Source: Basidioascus undulatus (Eukaryota). Taken from it: 43,933 nucleotides of DNA. Positions 1 through 10,677 of the stretch are shown here, piece after piece. A program made the translations under genes and the position numbers. Where the stretch lies: contig JTLS01000026.1 in the NCBI GenBank assembly GCA_000826855.1, forward strand, positions 1 through 43,933. The letters are read 5' to 3'. Numbering within the stretch: position 1 is the stretch's first letter; each line of letters starts with the position of its first letter. The notes below the pieces were generated by a model, which worked only from the letters and a program-made list of their open reading frames with translations, ran no database searches and was not told the DNA's origin.

Positions 1-227
1 ACGTCGATGCGCGGACATGCAAGCGTCAGCGCTGCCAACATGTCTGGACATAACATCCCAGGGACGTACCCGCTAATGAACTCCCGTGCTCGTTATGGAA
101 GTGCTGCAGGTTGATGAGGGCCGCGAAGAGCTCGAAGTTGAAAGGCGCACCGGAACTGTTGCGGTGAAAAGGCGTCTCCAACCCAGTTCCTCCTCCTCCG
201 CTACCGCCATCACCTTCACGGATTCAG

Positions 228-1703
228 ATGACACTTCCTGGACAAGTGTCGTCCCTGTTCCCACGGCTTCTGGCGCGCCCCCCTACCGTTTACGGACCTT
301 CCGCCAATAATAGCGTCCCCTGGTGGGTGGTGTTCGGTCCGGCCATCGTCAGCCCTGTTCCGCCAGCAGTCAGCTGCATCGGCTACATCCCCCCTGCTAT
401 CGCATCCGCTTCCTCATCCCAATCCACCTCTAAAACTCGCCGGTGTTCACCCATTCCCCGCCCAACGAGGGCTCCGATCGAGCCAGAGGGTCCAGAAGAC
501 GACGAGGATGACGATTACCGGAGGAGGGATCTGAAGCCTCGTGCCCCGAGACGCAGTATGCTTCCCTGCTTGAACTGTCCCATCACGTTTTCCATGCTAA
601 ATCAAACTTGTGTCAGCTATCAAGATCTTAAAGTGCAACCTGCAGTGGCAGCCGAATTGAAGGCGCTGACCTCGAGCGCGGTCGTTTCTTCTACCTTCCC
701 AAAGAACCCGGGGACAGCATTGAGTTGGAAAATGAGGACGATGAAAAGTGGCTGGGGGGCAATATCCAAGAACACGTCCGTGCATTCACTCCCGTTCCTG
801 TAGCTTGAGACTGACATGTACGCCTTCGCCCGCAGCTCTTCGAGTTAGTACCACCCCAGATTTTTCACGAGTTTCCCAAGCTGAAATATTACATACCCAA
901 TAGGCTGAGATATGTCAACAACTTCTTTTCATCCGCTTTCGACAACACTCGCTGCACCATGTGAGTTAAAAAAAAAAAAAAGCCTCCATTATTGCGCTCG
1001 CTTGCACATTCTGGTCTGACTTTCTGCTTCATCCGCGTTCAGGCTCCGACTCTTGTGGACAAGGTACCTGCACGACGGCGGTGGCCTGCAATTTGCCGAC
1101 GCTCTACTCGTAGCCGTGCGTTTCTTCCCTGCTCTTACCAATATTCGCATTTGATGCTGATGACAGGATTTGTCTGCAGATCGATAACGTCAGTTAAACG
1201 CTCGCCTCCTTTAACGGAATAACGCGTGCTGATCTTCACCCTTGGGGACAGGTCGATAACATGGTTTGGGTCCCCGACTACCTCAATAAAGGGACGTTGG
1301 GTTTTCGGTGATTCAGACGTTTCTGTCGCATAAGCAGATCTTCTTTCATCTCTAGCGAAATCGTATGTCGTGAATGGCTGGAGTCCGACCCCCGAATGGC
1401 CGCCGCAGAAAGAGAGGAAGATGATGAAGATCAACAATCTTCAGGCGGGGTCGAGCGACTGGGAGAAGGCGATGGAGGTTGAGGACCTGATCCGGTACTT
1501 CGGCTCTCTCGGTCAATGTAAGTGCCACTTTGTGCATAGAGGTGATAGGCGCTGGTTTTGCGTGCCGACAGTGAATGTTAGACTGGTGCGACAACGCCGA
1601 CGCGTTCAGAAACACCGCCACGCGGGTGCAGCACGTCCTCTCCTGGGTTCAACCTCCCTCCGGCGAGGCCACGGATGAGCCCCTCGACACGTTGTACGAG
1701 CGC
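228..1703 (+). pseudogene. Spliced gene of unknown function, 3'-truncated at the junction with the uxs1 pseudogene; the 5' end is uncertain and may lie outside the window
   Basis: Exon-like blocks bounded by GT..AG introns: ...RGRFFYLPKEPGDSIELENEDDEKWLGGNIQEH|gtccgt (~776), LFELVPPQIFHEFPKLKYYIPNRLRYVNNFF...|gtgagt (961), ...EDLIRYFGSLGQ|gtaagt (~1518), WCDNADAFRNTATRVQHVLSW...DTLYER. The last block runs straight into antisense uxs1 sequence. No family recognised. Confidence 0.35.
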
Positions 1704-2963
1704 GTCTGCGCGCCGTCGCCGTACACCATCATCGGCTCGCCGCGCAGCGCCTGCACGATGAAGTTCGACACGACGCGCCCGTCCGCTGGGTTCATCCGGG
1801 GCCCGAACGTGTTGAAGATCCGCGCGACCCGGACGTCCACCTCGTCTTGCCGCGCGAAGCCGTACGTGAGGCACTCGGCGACGCGCTTGCCTTCTTCGTA
1901 GCACGCGCGGATGCCCATGGGGTTTACGTTGCCCCAGTACTGCCGGGCGGGAGAATAGCTGACTTTTAGTACCCGCTGGAAAGGTAGGAGGAGTGGGGGT
2001 GGGAAAAAGTGGAGAGGACTGACAGTCTCCGGCTGGGGGTGGACCTCCGGGTCGCCATACACCTCGGAGGTAGAGGCGATGAGGAAGCGGGCCTTGGTGC
2101 GCTTCGAGAGGCCGAGCATGTTGAGCGTGCCGAGTAACGAGGTCTTGACGGTCTTGACGGGATTATACTGGTAGTGTGGGGGCGAAGCCGGGCAGGCTGT
2201 GAAAGAAACACGCGAGTAAGCGACTGCCAGCTTCGCGGAAGTGCGTCTGGGAAGTTATCGAGGTGGTAGATCTGGGAGCTGTAGTAGGGAAAAAGCTGTC
2301 AGTATGTGGGGTGTGGACGGAGCGGCCGGGGGGGGGGGGAAAGGGAGGCAGCGCACCATTCCACCATGAACGGCTCGACAAGGTCGTGCCGGACGAGCTC
2401 GAAGTTGGGGGGTTCGATCCAGTGCGAGACGTTGCTCTTGGAGCCGGTGAAGAAGTTATCGAGGACGATAATCTCGTGGCCGAGGAGCATCAGGCGGTCG
2501 AATATAGAAGCGCAGCCGGGTATGAGCGCCGGCAGGTAGGAAAGTGAAATGCGCGAGCAGCGGGACACTTGCCGAGATGCGAGCCCACGAATCCCTCCCC
2601 GCCGGTGACGATGATGCGCTACCCCTTTGCGGGAGGGAGGAGTTTAACGGGCGGGTAGGTCTTTTCCGAGGGGTAGGAGCTGGGGAGAGGGGGAAGACAT
2701 AAGCGACGCAGCAGACCAGAGGCTCGACAGTCGACTTACACGAACGTCGCATCGGGCAAGTCCTTTGGGCTGTCCTCCGCCTTCTCAGTCCTGCTCCCGT
2801 CCGTATGGTCGAGGTAGAGCTCCCGCATCGACTCCAGCGCGACGCGCGAGTCGAATCCGAAGCGGTCTGCTCCGGCGTAGTGCAGCTCTTGGCCGTCCTT
2901 ACCGATCGTCGGGGACGCCGAGCGCGCGCGCCTGTTGACGTTCGTGAGGGTCGAGGCAGTCAT
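1696..2963 (-). pseudogene. UXS1: UDP-glucuronic acid decarboxylase (UDP-xylose synthase) pseudogene
   Basis: Spliced translation gives [107 protein letters not shown] and YGDGAQTRS. Lesions: in-frame TAG at 2619-2621, GGAG motif reads GGEG, intron acceptor reads AT instead of AG (2502-2503), and similarity ends abruptly after QTRS (~1696), so the C-terminal part is missing. Confidence 0.93.
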
Positions 2964-3587
2964 GGCGATCGAAGTTTGAGTGAGTGAGATAAGCGAGGAC
3001 TGAAAGGCCGGAAATTGGGAGATGGGAGATGGAAGTCTGGTGAAGGTGCGGGAGGACAAACGCGCGAGCCTGGCAGAGAAAACGAAACACCCCGAGTCGT
3101 TGCGTCTGGTCCCGTTCGTTCAGTCCTGGACCTGATTGAAGAAAAGACTCAGCGCTCGGAGCCCTTTAAGTCTGTGTAGAATCGCTGTGCTCCTGCAGCA
3201 CTCAGGGGGGGAGAGGGAAGGGGAGCAACAGCCGGCATGGAAATGAAGCAGCACGGCCCGCCCGTCCCCCAGCGGCGACAGCTGAACGACAGCCTCTATG
3301 TCCGGAGCCGGTTCCTTTCTGTATCTTGAGCAGGGATTAACTTTCGTGCTCACGCTCAGCTCACTGATTCACTGATTTTGGGATCGTGGCGGTATGGCCG
3401 GGTCTAGAGAGTTCGTCCGCCTGCGACAGTCGTGAAAGACACTCAGCAGGCTCCTGCCAGGACTACCGCACTCTTGCCCCTTCAGGCAGCCGGTTTGCCT
3501 CCCTCTCGTCCCTCCATCCATCCCGCCGTTTGGCTCTTCCTCCAACCATCATACCCATTCACATTCTCTCAGCCGTTTGAAGCAGCG

Positions 3588-5712
3588 ATGGTGGCCGTAA
3601 CTGTAAGCGCCCTCCTCGACTCTCCCACTGCGCTTTCACCGACCGCCCTCTTCCCCTCCCAAAACGTTAAACGCATCTGCTGCAGTGAGTTTCTTGTCTT
3701 CCCTTACTTTACCCTTGCCTCTCCCCCCTACCGGCATCTCCCATCCCTTCCCTCCCTTCCCTCCCAGTCGGAGCGGGCTACGTCGGCGGCCCGACCTGCG
3801 CGGTCATCGACGCAGAAGTGCCCGCACAACGACGTGACGATTGTGGACCTCAACACGGTGGTCAGAGCTGCCTGGAACAGCGACGAGCTGCCCATCTACG
3901 AGCCCGGGCTGCTCGACGTCGTCAAGGAGTGCCGCGGGAGAAACTTGTTCTTCTCGACTGAGGTGCACAGGGCTATTACGGAGGCGGATCTCGTTTTCGT
4001 CCGCTTGCCCCTTTCATCGCGTTCTTTCTGGGAGCTTGGGACTTAACTCGGGGTGGGGTGAACAGGTGAGCGTGAACATCCCGACGAAGACGACCGGTGT
4101 GGGTGCAGGATACGCAGGACCTGAAGTGCGTCGCCTCCCATCTCTTCCAACTCCCTTTGCTCTCATAACTCAACCCTCATATATGTGGAGATCGCCACCC
4201 GACGCATCGCCGAGATCTCCACGTCGTCCAAGGTCATGGTCGAGAAGTCGACCGTCGGCGGACTCGATGCGCGCCATCCTCGAAGCGAACGCCCGCCCAG
4301 GCGTCCGCTTCGACATTCTCTCCAGCCCGGAGTTCCTCGCCGAAGGGACGGCGATCGCCGACCTCCATCAGCCGGACCGCGTCCTTATCGGGAGTCTGCA
4401 GACCCGCCAGGGGAAGGCGGCGCAGGAGACGCTGGCGGAGGTTTATGCCAATTGGGCACCGTGCGTTACGTTGACCCCTCTAGGCATCTTGGGTTACAGA
4501 AGCCTAAATTCCCTCCCTTGATGCTCAGACGCGAAAATATCATCACCATCGGGCTGTGGTCTTCAGAGCTCACCAAGCTCGTGCGTCGTTGTAGCAGCCC
4601 TTCTGCCGGTAGCGGCAACAGCCCACACTAACCCCACTGCCCACAGGCGGCCAACGCGATGCTCGCCCAGCGTATCTCCTCCATCAACGCCCTCTCGGCC
4701 GTCTGCGAGGCGACAGGCGCCGACATTGACGAGGTGGCGAACGCGACCGGGAAGGACAGTCGCTTGGGTCCGAAGTTCCTGAAAGTGTGCTTTCCCCTCT
4801 GCCCCGCCTCCCCCGTACCCCTTCTACTACCTGCTTATCTATTACCCTTCGCAGGCCTCGGTCGATTTCGGGGGGTCGTGCTTCCAAAAAGGTGCGTTGC
4901 CTGAAACATGTCCGACCCAGTGCCGCTGACTGACATGTTTCGCACCAGACATCCTCAACCTAGTATACCTCTCCGAGTCCCTGCACCTTCCGGAAGTCGC
5001 GGCCTACTGGCGACAAGTCGTCGAGCTGAACGAGTACCAGAAGCGCCGGTTCTTGAAGCTCAACGTCGAGACGCTCTTTCAAACTATCCTCGGGAAACAC
5101 ATTGCTGTGCTCGGATACGTCTCTCCTTCCCCCTCTTCAATGTTTTTTGAGGTAGTACTGAGTTCTGAGGGGATGAGGGATCAGGTTCGCGTTCAAGAAA
5201 GACACGGGCGACACGCGCTAGTCTGCCGCGATCACGCTCATCAAGCACTTCCGCGCTGAGCGCGCGAACGTGAGCGTTTATGACCCGAAGGTCGAGGAGG
5301 CGCAGATCTGTACGTTCTGCTTCCTATTCCCAGACTCTCCGGAATTGCTCTGATTGGTTTTTCAGGGTGGTCGGAAGGGATGGACCTCTAAGAATCCGAC
5401 GAGTCGCTCGACCAAGCAAAGTGCAAGTCTCGATTTGCTCGTCCGCGCTCGAGGCGTGCAAGGGCGCCCATGCAGTCTGCGTTCTGACCGAATGGGTGCG
5501 TCTCCGCTCCATTACAAGTTTTCCCCGTGTTCCTCCTCTACCGTGACTGACGGACTATGGTGGGCACGCAGGACGAATTCAAGACCCTCGACTGGCCAGC
5601 CGTCTACGCGGGGATGAAGAAGCCCGCGTTCCTCTTCGACAGGTGCTTCATCCTCGATGCGCCGGCGCTCAAGACAATTGACTTCTCTGTGCATTCTATT
5701 GGGAGGGGCTGA
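3588..5712 (+). pseudogene. UGD1: UDP-glucose 6-dehydrogenase pseudogene
   Basis: Motifs [79 protein letters not shown] and GFAFKKDTGDTR; stop TGA at 5710-5712. Lesions: +1 frameshift ~3810, frameshifting deletions ~4117 and ~4256 (PCRT lost), acceptor AT at 4179-4180, donor AT at 5115-5116, in-frame TAG at 5219-5221 (DTR*S for DTRES), and SVGFGG reads SVDFGG. Confidence 0.94.
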
Positions 5713-5941
5713 GGGTGGGGGTTCGGGCGGCTGCTAGAGGGGAAATCGGATCGGGAGGCACTGGAATATTTCGCTTGGGCTTTCGGTCGTTTTGTTGTTT
5801 TTCGCAGATCATTATCTTTTTGTTCCTCGTATTTTGGCTTTTCATACTTGACTTTGGGTCTGCCAAGACTTCTATCTGGCATGGTAAACGAATCCCAATC
5901 CCTGGCTTTCATCATCCCTACCCGGACATGCGGTCCGGATC

Positions 5942-6184
5942 CTACGGGGGCACAGAGCTACGTGAGAACTGATGGTCACGAACGACTAGGGAGGAGATGC
6001 TCACACTCGGGCAATATCTCTTTGTACTGTCTACTTCCTGACCGCCCGCCTCCATGAAGCAGATGTTGCACCCGTCGCCACACTGGTAGCGCTCGCCGAC
6101 GGCGTGCTCCTTGCCGTCTGATCCGCGGGCGGCCAGGATCGTCGCAGCCAAGAGTAGTGCTATCAAGAAGTGGAGTAGCCGCAT
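5942..6184 (-). CDS. Small secreted cysteine-rich protein, pacifastin/VWC-like
   Basis: ATG plus hydrophobic signal-like MRLLHFLIALLLAATILAA, then DGKEHAVGERYQCGDGCNICFMEAGGQEVDSTKRYCP. A possible gtgagc donor right after CPS (~6004) makes the 3' end uncertain. Confidence 0.55.
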   Translation of the reverse strand: MRLLHFLIALLLAATILAARGSDGKEHAVGERYQCGDGCNICFMEAGGQEVDSTKRYCPSVSISSLVVRDHQFSRSSVPP

Positions 6185-6756
6185 CGCTCGGTGAAAACAA
6201 GGGGTGCTTCGAGGTGGGGTCCGGCGATGTCGCGATGTCGAAGCTGAAAGCGAAAGGGGTGGTCTTCGACTGCAAAGCGCGCTTACCTTTATTCTGGCGG
6301 AGGCTTCTGTCTCAGTCCAGAAAACACCTGGCTTGGCAAACAGTCGGGACCTCTTCCGACTTGGTCACAATCGCGATGGGTTGCGAAACCTTGGGAAACG
6401 GGCGGTAAACAAATCGCTAGCGAATGCACGGACTTCAGTGCGCTTGTCTAGGCTTCGCCCAGACTGAGACAAAGCGCGCTGATAAATGTGGTGGTGAGTT
6501 ATCTCCCACCGTGCTGGACTTCAATATTGAAACTGTGGAAAGAGGTTTTATTCCCATAGCACTTCTGGGTTGTTGTGGGCCAACCGTGTGGCCTGTCACC
6601 CGAAGTCCGCCCGCAGGCTGCAGCGTCGCTTCTAGTTGCAGGAAGCTATGTCTTGTTATTGGGTATGGTAACTGCGTCAAAGGTTTACCTCAAACTCTTG
6701 TTATTTTCTTCGTCACTTGGGGAGACAGCTGGAACATTCGCTGGGTCCTCGGTAGT

Positions 6757-8810
6757 TTACAGGTGCGTGGGTGCAAATTCGATCTCTCTCTGCATCTCCT
6801 CGCCTGCCCCCATTTCCCGGACGTCAGCCCACAGCACGCTGGATGTAAATGGACTGGAAGGCCACAATAACGCACCGAAGTCACCGAGGCATCTGAAGTA
6901 GCCATCCAGCGGATTAGTTCCATACTTCAAGTAAGGGAGGGTTCAGGCTTTCGCGATTCATCGCTCACTGAACCGGCCATTGCGCAAGCGCAATGTCAAA
7001 CCAGAGAGTGTTGACGTCGGCGCGGGTGAAGGTCGATCGACCGAGCGTCCCATTGACAAAAGGCTCAGAGTCAAGAACCGAGACTTCACCAATCATCGTC
7101 ATTTGCGAGCCTGTGAATGGTAGTCTTTAGATATGGTTATCAACGGTGGAGGAACAGCATCGCGCACATGTGTCAGCGGATCGATGAGAGAGACGCCAGT
7201 CACGTTCGCGTGTATAATAGTCTCCCTGATTCGGTTAAGAAGGGAATCATAAAATATGGGACGAAGAAGTTTCAGGGGAATAGTCACCGTCGTCAGGCCA
7301 CGCCAATAGACGCGATTGTCTTGGCTTCTGCGACTGCGAGCATCCCACGTCCACTCTCAGCCTTCCCGCGGGGTGTCCAGGATGTGGAGAGAAGACACCG
7401 AAGAACAGACAAAGGCTTGGTAAGGATATCGGAGCAAAGCCCGGGGACTTTACTGAGCGTGAAGATGGGTTGGACAGGGTATGACAAAAATCCACCAGAG
7501 CTAAACAAGTCAGATCTATCCCAGAGGGATACTGTACTGTCTCTAGCACTCACGCGAAAGACCCATGGATGTCCTTCATCTAGAGATGCAAGCAGTAATC
7601 GGCCGATAGCGTGTGATCGCAGACGAAAGAGGAGGCTGGAAAGCTTGTCGTGAGTTCACTGTGACGAATGCAATAGGATGGGGGTAAATTGAGTTGCGAT
7701 CCGTTCAAGGGCTTATTAGATGGGTCGTGTATGGGCGTTTCAGGCCCGCAACCGTGGGGCCATGATGGTTTGACGAAACGTCGCTCCTCAAGACTCTCGA
7801 TCTCCTGAAACGACAGCATTGTTGGGTAGAAATGTGGGTAGAAATGGTAGCTTCCCAAAGTCCCAAGCTTTTCGTGAAACCAACCTTCTCCAGCCTTCGC
7901 CCGGACCACGGCTTCTGCTCAGTAACTGCCACACTTCTGTCCGTATCCGTAGGCCGGAGTAGAAGAGCGGAGCGACAAACGGCGACTTACTCCCAAGCCA
8001 TGAGACGCTTTCCACAATCGTCGTTGTTGAGCCAGAACTTCATCTTTGGAAGAAGGTGTGCGATGGACCTGAGGAGCTGCAGGTACCAGATAGAGCGCTC
8101 GTGCCCGGCGTCAGAGCCCGAAAGGATGGGAGGATTCGGAAAGGAGGCATTGGGGGGGGGGATTTGAATGGAGTATGACGTGCGGGGAAGATCAACCGGC
8201 GAGGAGACGCGAGCGACAAGGCTGTTCGAGGGAAGCCCGAGCAGGTGCGAAGTTACAAAGGTCAGACTTGGACACTAAGGCAGGAAATTAGCGGTCGCAC
8301 AGACGTGATATCTTTGTCAATCTGGTCGGACTCGTCTATTGTACGGATGTCATGCTCCTTGCACCAGTCCTGTTGTGGCCTTTTCGCAATAGCGCACGAG
8401 GAAGTGTTGTCTCGATTACCGCAGCGACTCACCAATCGTCAACGCCCTTCGGTGGATGCCTCCCATATCTGGTCCTATACCGCTCTGCGGCCTGCTCCAC
8501 TGTGGTGCTCTGTCTCCCAATAATTTCCTTCCACCTCCGCTCCCCCTTCTCCATGAGCCCTTAAATGGGGTGCCTACCCTCGCTCGGTTGCACAGCCGTG
8601 CCGGCGATGGTCGTGCGGCTTGCTGCGGCGCCGAAATCTCGGGGAGGACGATAGTGGACGACGCGGTACCGAAGGAATATTTTGGAGGATGTGGGGGGAC
8701 ATTGAGCCGCTCTTGCTATGCGGCGATAATTTACGACAGCCGGTGATAATCAAGGCGCTCACGAAGAGGAAAAACGCGGCGTGACGGACGCGACGGCGAG
8801 GAAACCACAT
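6757..8810 (-). pseudogene. Glycosyltransferase family 90 (Cap10/Cxt1-like, probable xylosyltransferase) pseudogene
   Basis: Type II anchor MWFPRRRVRHAAFFLFVSALIITG, then ordered GT90 blocks across introns and frameshifts: RHPI*GLME (TAA 8561-8563), RQSTTVEQAAERYRTRYGRHPPKGVDDW, WCKEHDIRTIDESDQIDKDI, LLRSIAHLLPKMKFWLNNDD..RLMAWE, SFVCDHTLSADYCLH, PIFTLSKVPGLCSDIL, DNRVYWRGLTT, VNTLWFDIALAQWPVQC, EEMQREIEFAP. The expected KYxxDxDG C-terminal segment was not found. No single ORF in the track captures this gene. Confidence 0.8.
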
Positions 8811-9561
8811 TGTAAAGAGAAGGCGTGGGAGCAGCGGTAGACGGTGTGATTCTCAGTGGGTAAGAGGAATATTGAAAGCATCGTGACACGAAGTTCTTGT
8901 CGAGCCGGAGGTCTCGCAGACTGGTACGTTTCGGACGGCAACGCCTCAGAGTCGAGTGATGCGTTCTGAGTGACACGGTGAAAGTCTTCGCCCCTACCCT
9001 GGCGACTGTGATCCAAGTTGCAAAATAAGAGGTTTAGTAATCATCATGGCAGAGAAAGAACCATGCGTCACGGTTGGTTGCTTTTGAATAACGCCCGTTG
9101 AATGGGACTGACAGGGAGGCCCTTGCTCCTTCTATGGCGCAGCGTTTGAGCTCGAAGGCGCTGTCGTGTCCTCCAACAAAGGGTAGGGATCACCAATTCT
9201 CTTTAGACCCCGAATGACTAGTTGAACATTCGGCGTGCGTCAAGCGAGGTACCGAGCTTGAGCGCGAGCGGGAATATCGTCTCCGGTTTCGAACTTTCAG
9301 CAACTGAATGCACTTGCCGGAGGAGCCGGAGCGACATGAGAGTCCAGCAGTTTTTACTGACTGCATTTCAGCAGACATGAGGATTCAAAACCTCAAGCAA
9401 AGCCTGATGAGTTTTATGACAGCCTGGAAGGGCACCCGCAAGCGCACTGTACAATCGCAAGACCGGTTACTGTAACCTTAGCGGTCACTTGAGGCCCCAG
9501 GGAACTCGTGGGGTTGAAGGCTTTCGAACGTTGAAATTGGAAATTTAAGGAATGTAGGCGA

Positions 9562-10677
9562 TCAAGGAGCATTGTACACGCTGGAGGAGCTGCAGAGAAA
9601 CAAACGATATCGATATCTCGCAAATTTACGCCCTGCATGGGAATCCTGCAACAGCTCTCTAATCTTACTGAAAACCACATCTGCCACAGTCCAAGGTGGG
9701 TAACAAATGCCGAAGAATAAGGACGGAACCGTCGGGGGAGGCGGTCGGCAAGTACGACGCGTTCGTAGGTGTGCGTCTGTCCGAGCTTCACTCGGTCTTC
9801 CCAATCCTGGGCATCTTCGACGCTGATCCGGGAAAGCAGCCTTGAGCATGGCTCCGTTCAAGCCCGGGCTGTCGCGCCATTCGCCTGGCTGGATGTGGAG
9901 GAGATAGAGGCGTTTGGGAAAGGGGAGAAAGGACGCAGAATTGGCTGGGATTCCGAGGGTGGAGTAAATGCGCCAGCCTGCCAGAACTTGGCGGTCAGTA
10001 AAAAGTACACGGTTGAGGAATCGAAAGGAGGCGCACAGCCGAAGATGATTTCTGAAAAGAAAGCCACGCAGTCACAATGAGCAGCTGAGGCTTGCTAACA
10101 TAAGCTGTGGAATTTTCTGCTCACCTGCCATGAGATGATAATAATGGGCAAGAAATTGACGATAGTCTTTGACGAAGAACTAAGGGTAAGATAGTTAGCC
10201 ACTGCACACTCAAGCCGAGCTCGAAGAAAAACTCACCGAGACGCCATCCTCTTGTGACTCAGAATCCCATGCGCCTCCTCTGGAGAGATGACTCGGATCA
10301 TACCCGGCGTAAGCTCGGCTGCCTCCCACGATTGGTCGTGGAGTCTGAGCGGCTGGTTGAGCATCGCGTAGAGCGGGGGTAACGTCTCGGGCTTCGATGT
10401 GACGAAGTAGAGTGTGCCATTTCGAACTTGGAGATTGTCGATGACGGTGAACCCATGAGCGTGGGCTACGACTTCCGTGTCGGCATCGGTCACCGAGACG
10501 ACTTGCTGGCGGTCGAACGCGCCCGCGACGGTCGAATAGAAGGGCGATTCGGAGAGGCGAGGAAAGGGGTTGAAGGAGTGACAAGGGCGTTGAAAGTAAA
10601 AGATGCGACGAGAAGTGTCGGAGTGATGAAGATAAGGTAACGAAGTGAAGTGCGCTGGAGCGCCGAGTACAGCTCAT
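9562..10677 (-). pseudogene. GT61-domain (Cap64/Cas3-like) glycosyltransferase pseudogene, copy 1, internally deleted
   Basis: Hydrophobic anchor LRYLIFITPTLLVASFTF; TEVVAHAHGFTVIDNLQVRNGTLYFVT; FLAHYYHLMA|EIIFG; GEWRDSPGLNGAMLKAAFP; (frameshift) ISVEDAQDWEDRVKLGQTHTYERVVLADR. The sequence then jumps to a last exon DVVFSKIRELLQD that matches the last exon of copy 2. Confidence 0.78.

Noticed and set aside
968..981. A14 run, and G runs at ~2327-2339 and ~8152-8161
   Set aside because: Simple homopolymers; the A run follows a gtgagt donor. No target-site duplication or retrocopy structure seen.
1696..5712. Stop-codon readthrough, RNA editing or an alternative genetic code rescuing the TAG codons in UXS1 and UGD1
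   Set aside because: The same genes also carry frameshifts, deletions, broken splice sites and a truncation, and TAG is the normal stop of sidA and the NRPS.
7117..7653. 178 aa plus-strand ORF
   Set aside because: Antisense to the recognisable GT90 blocks; no family features.
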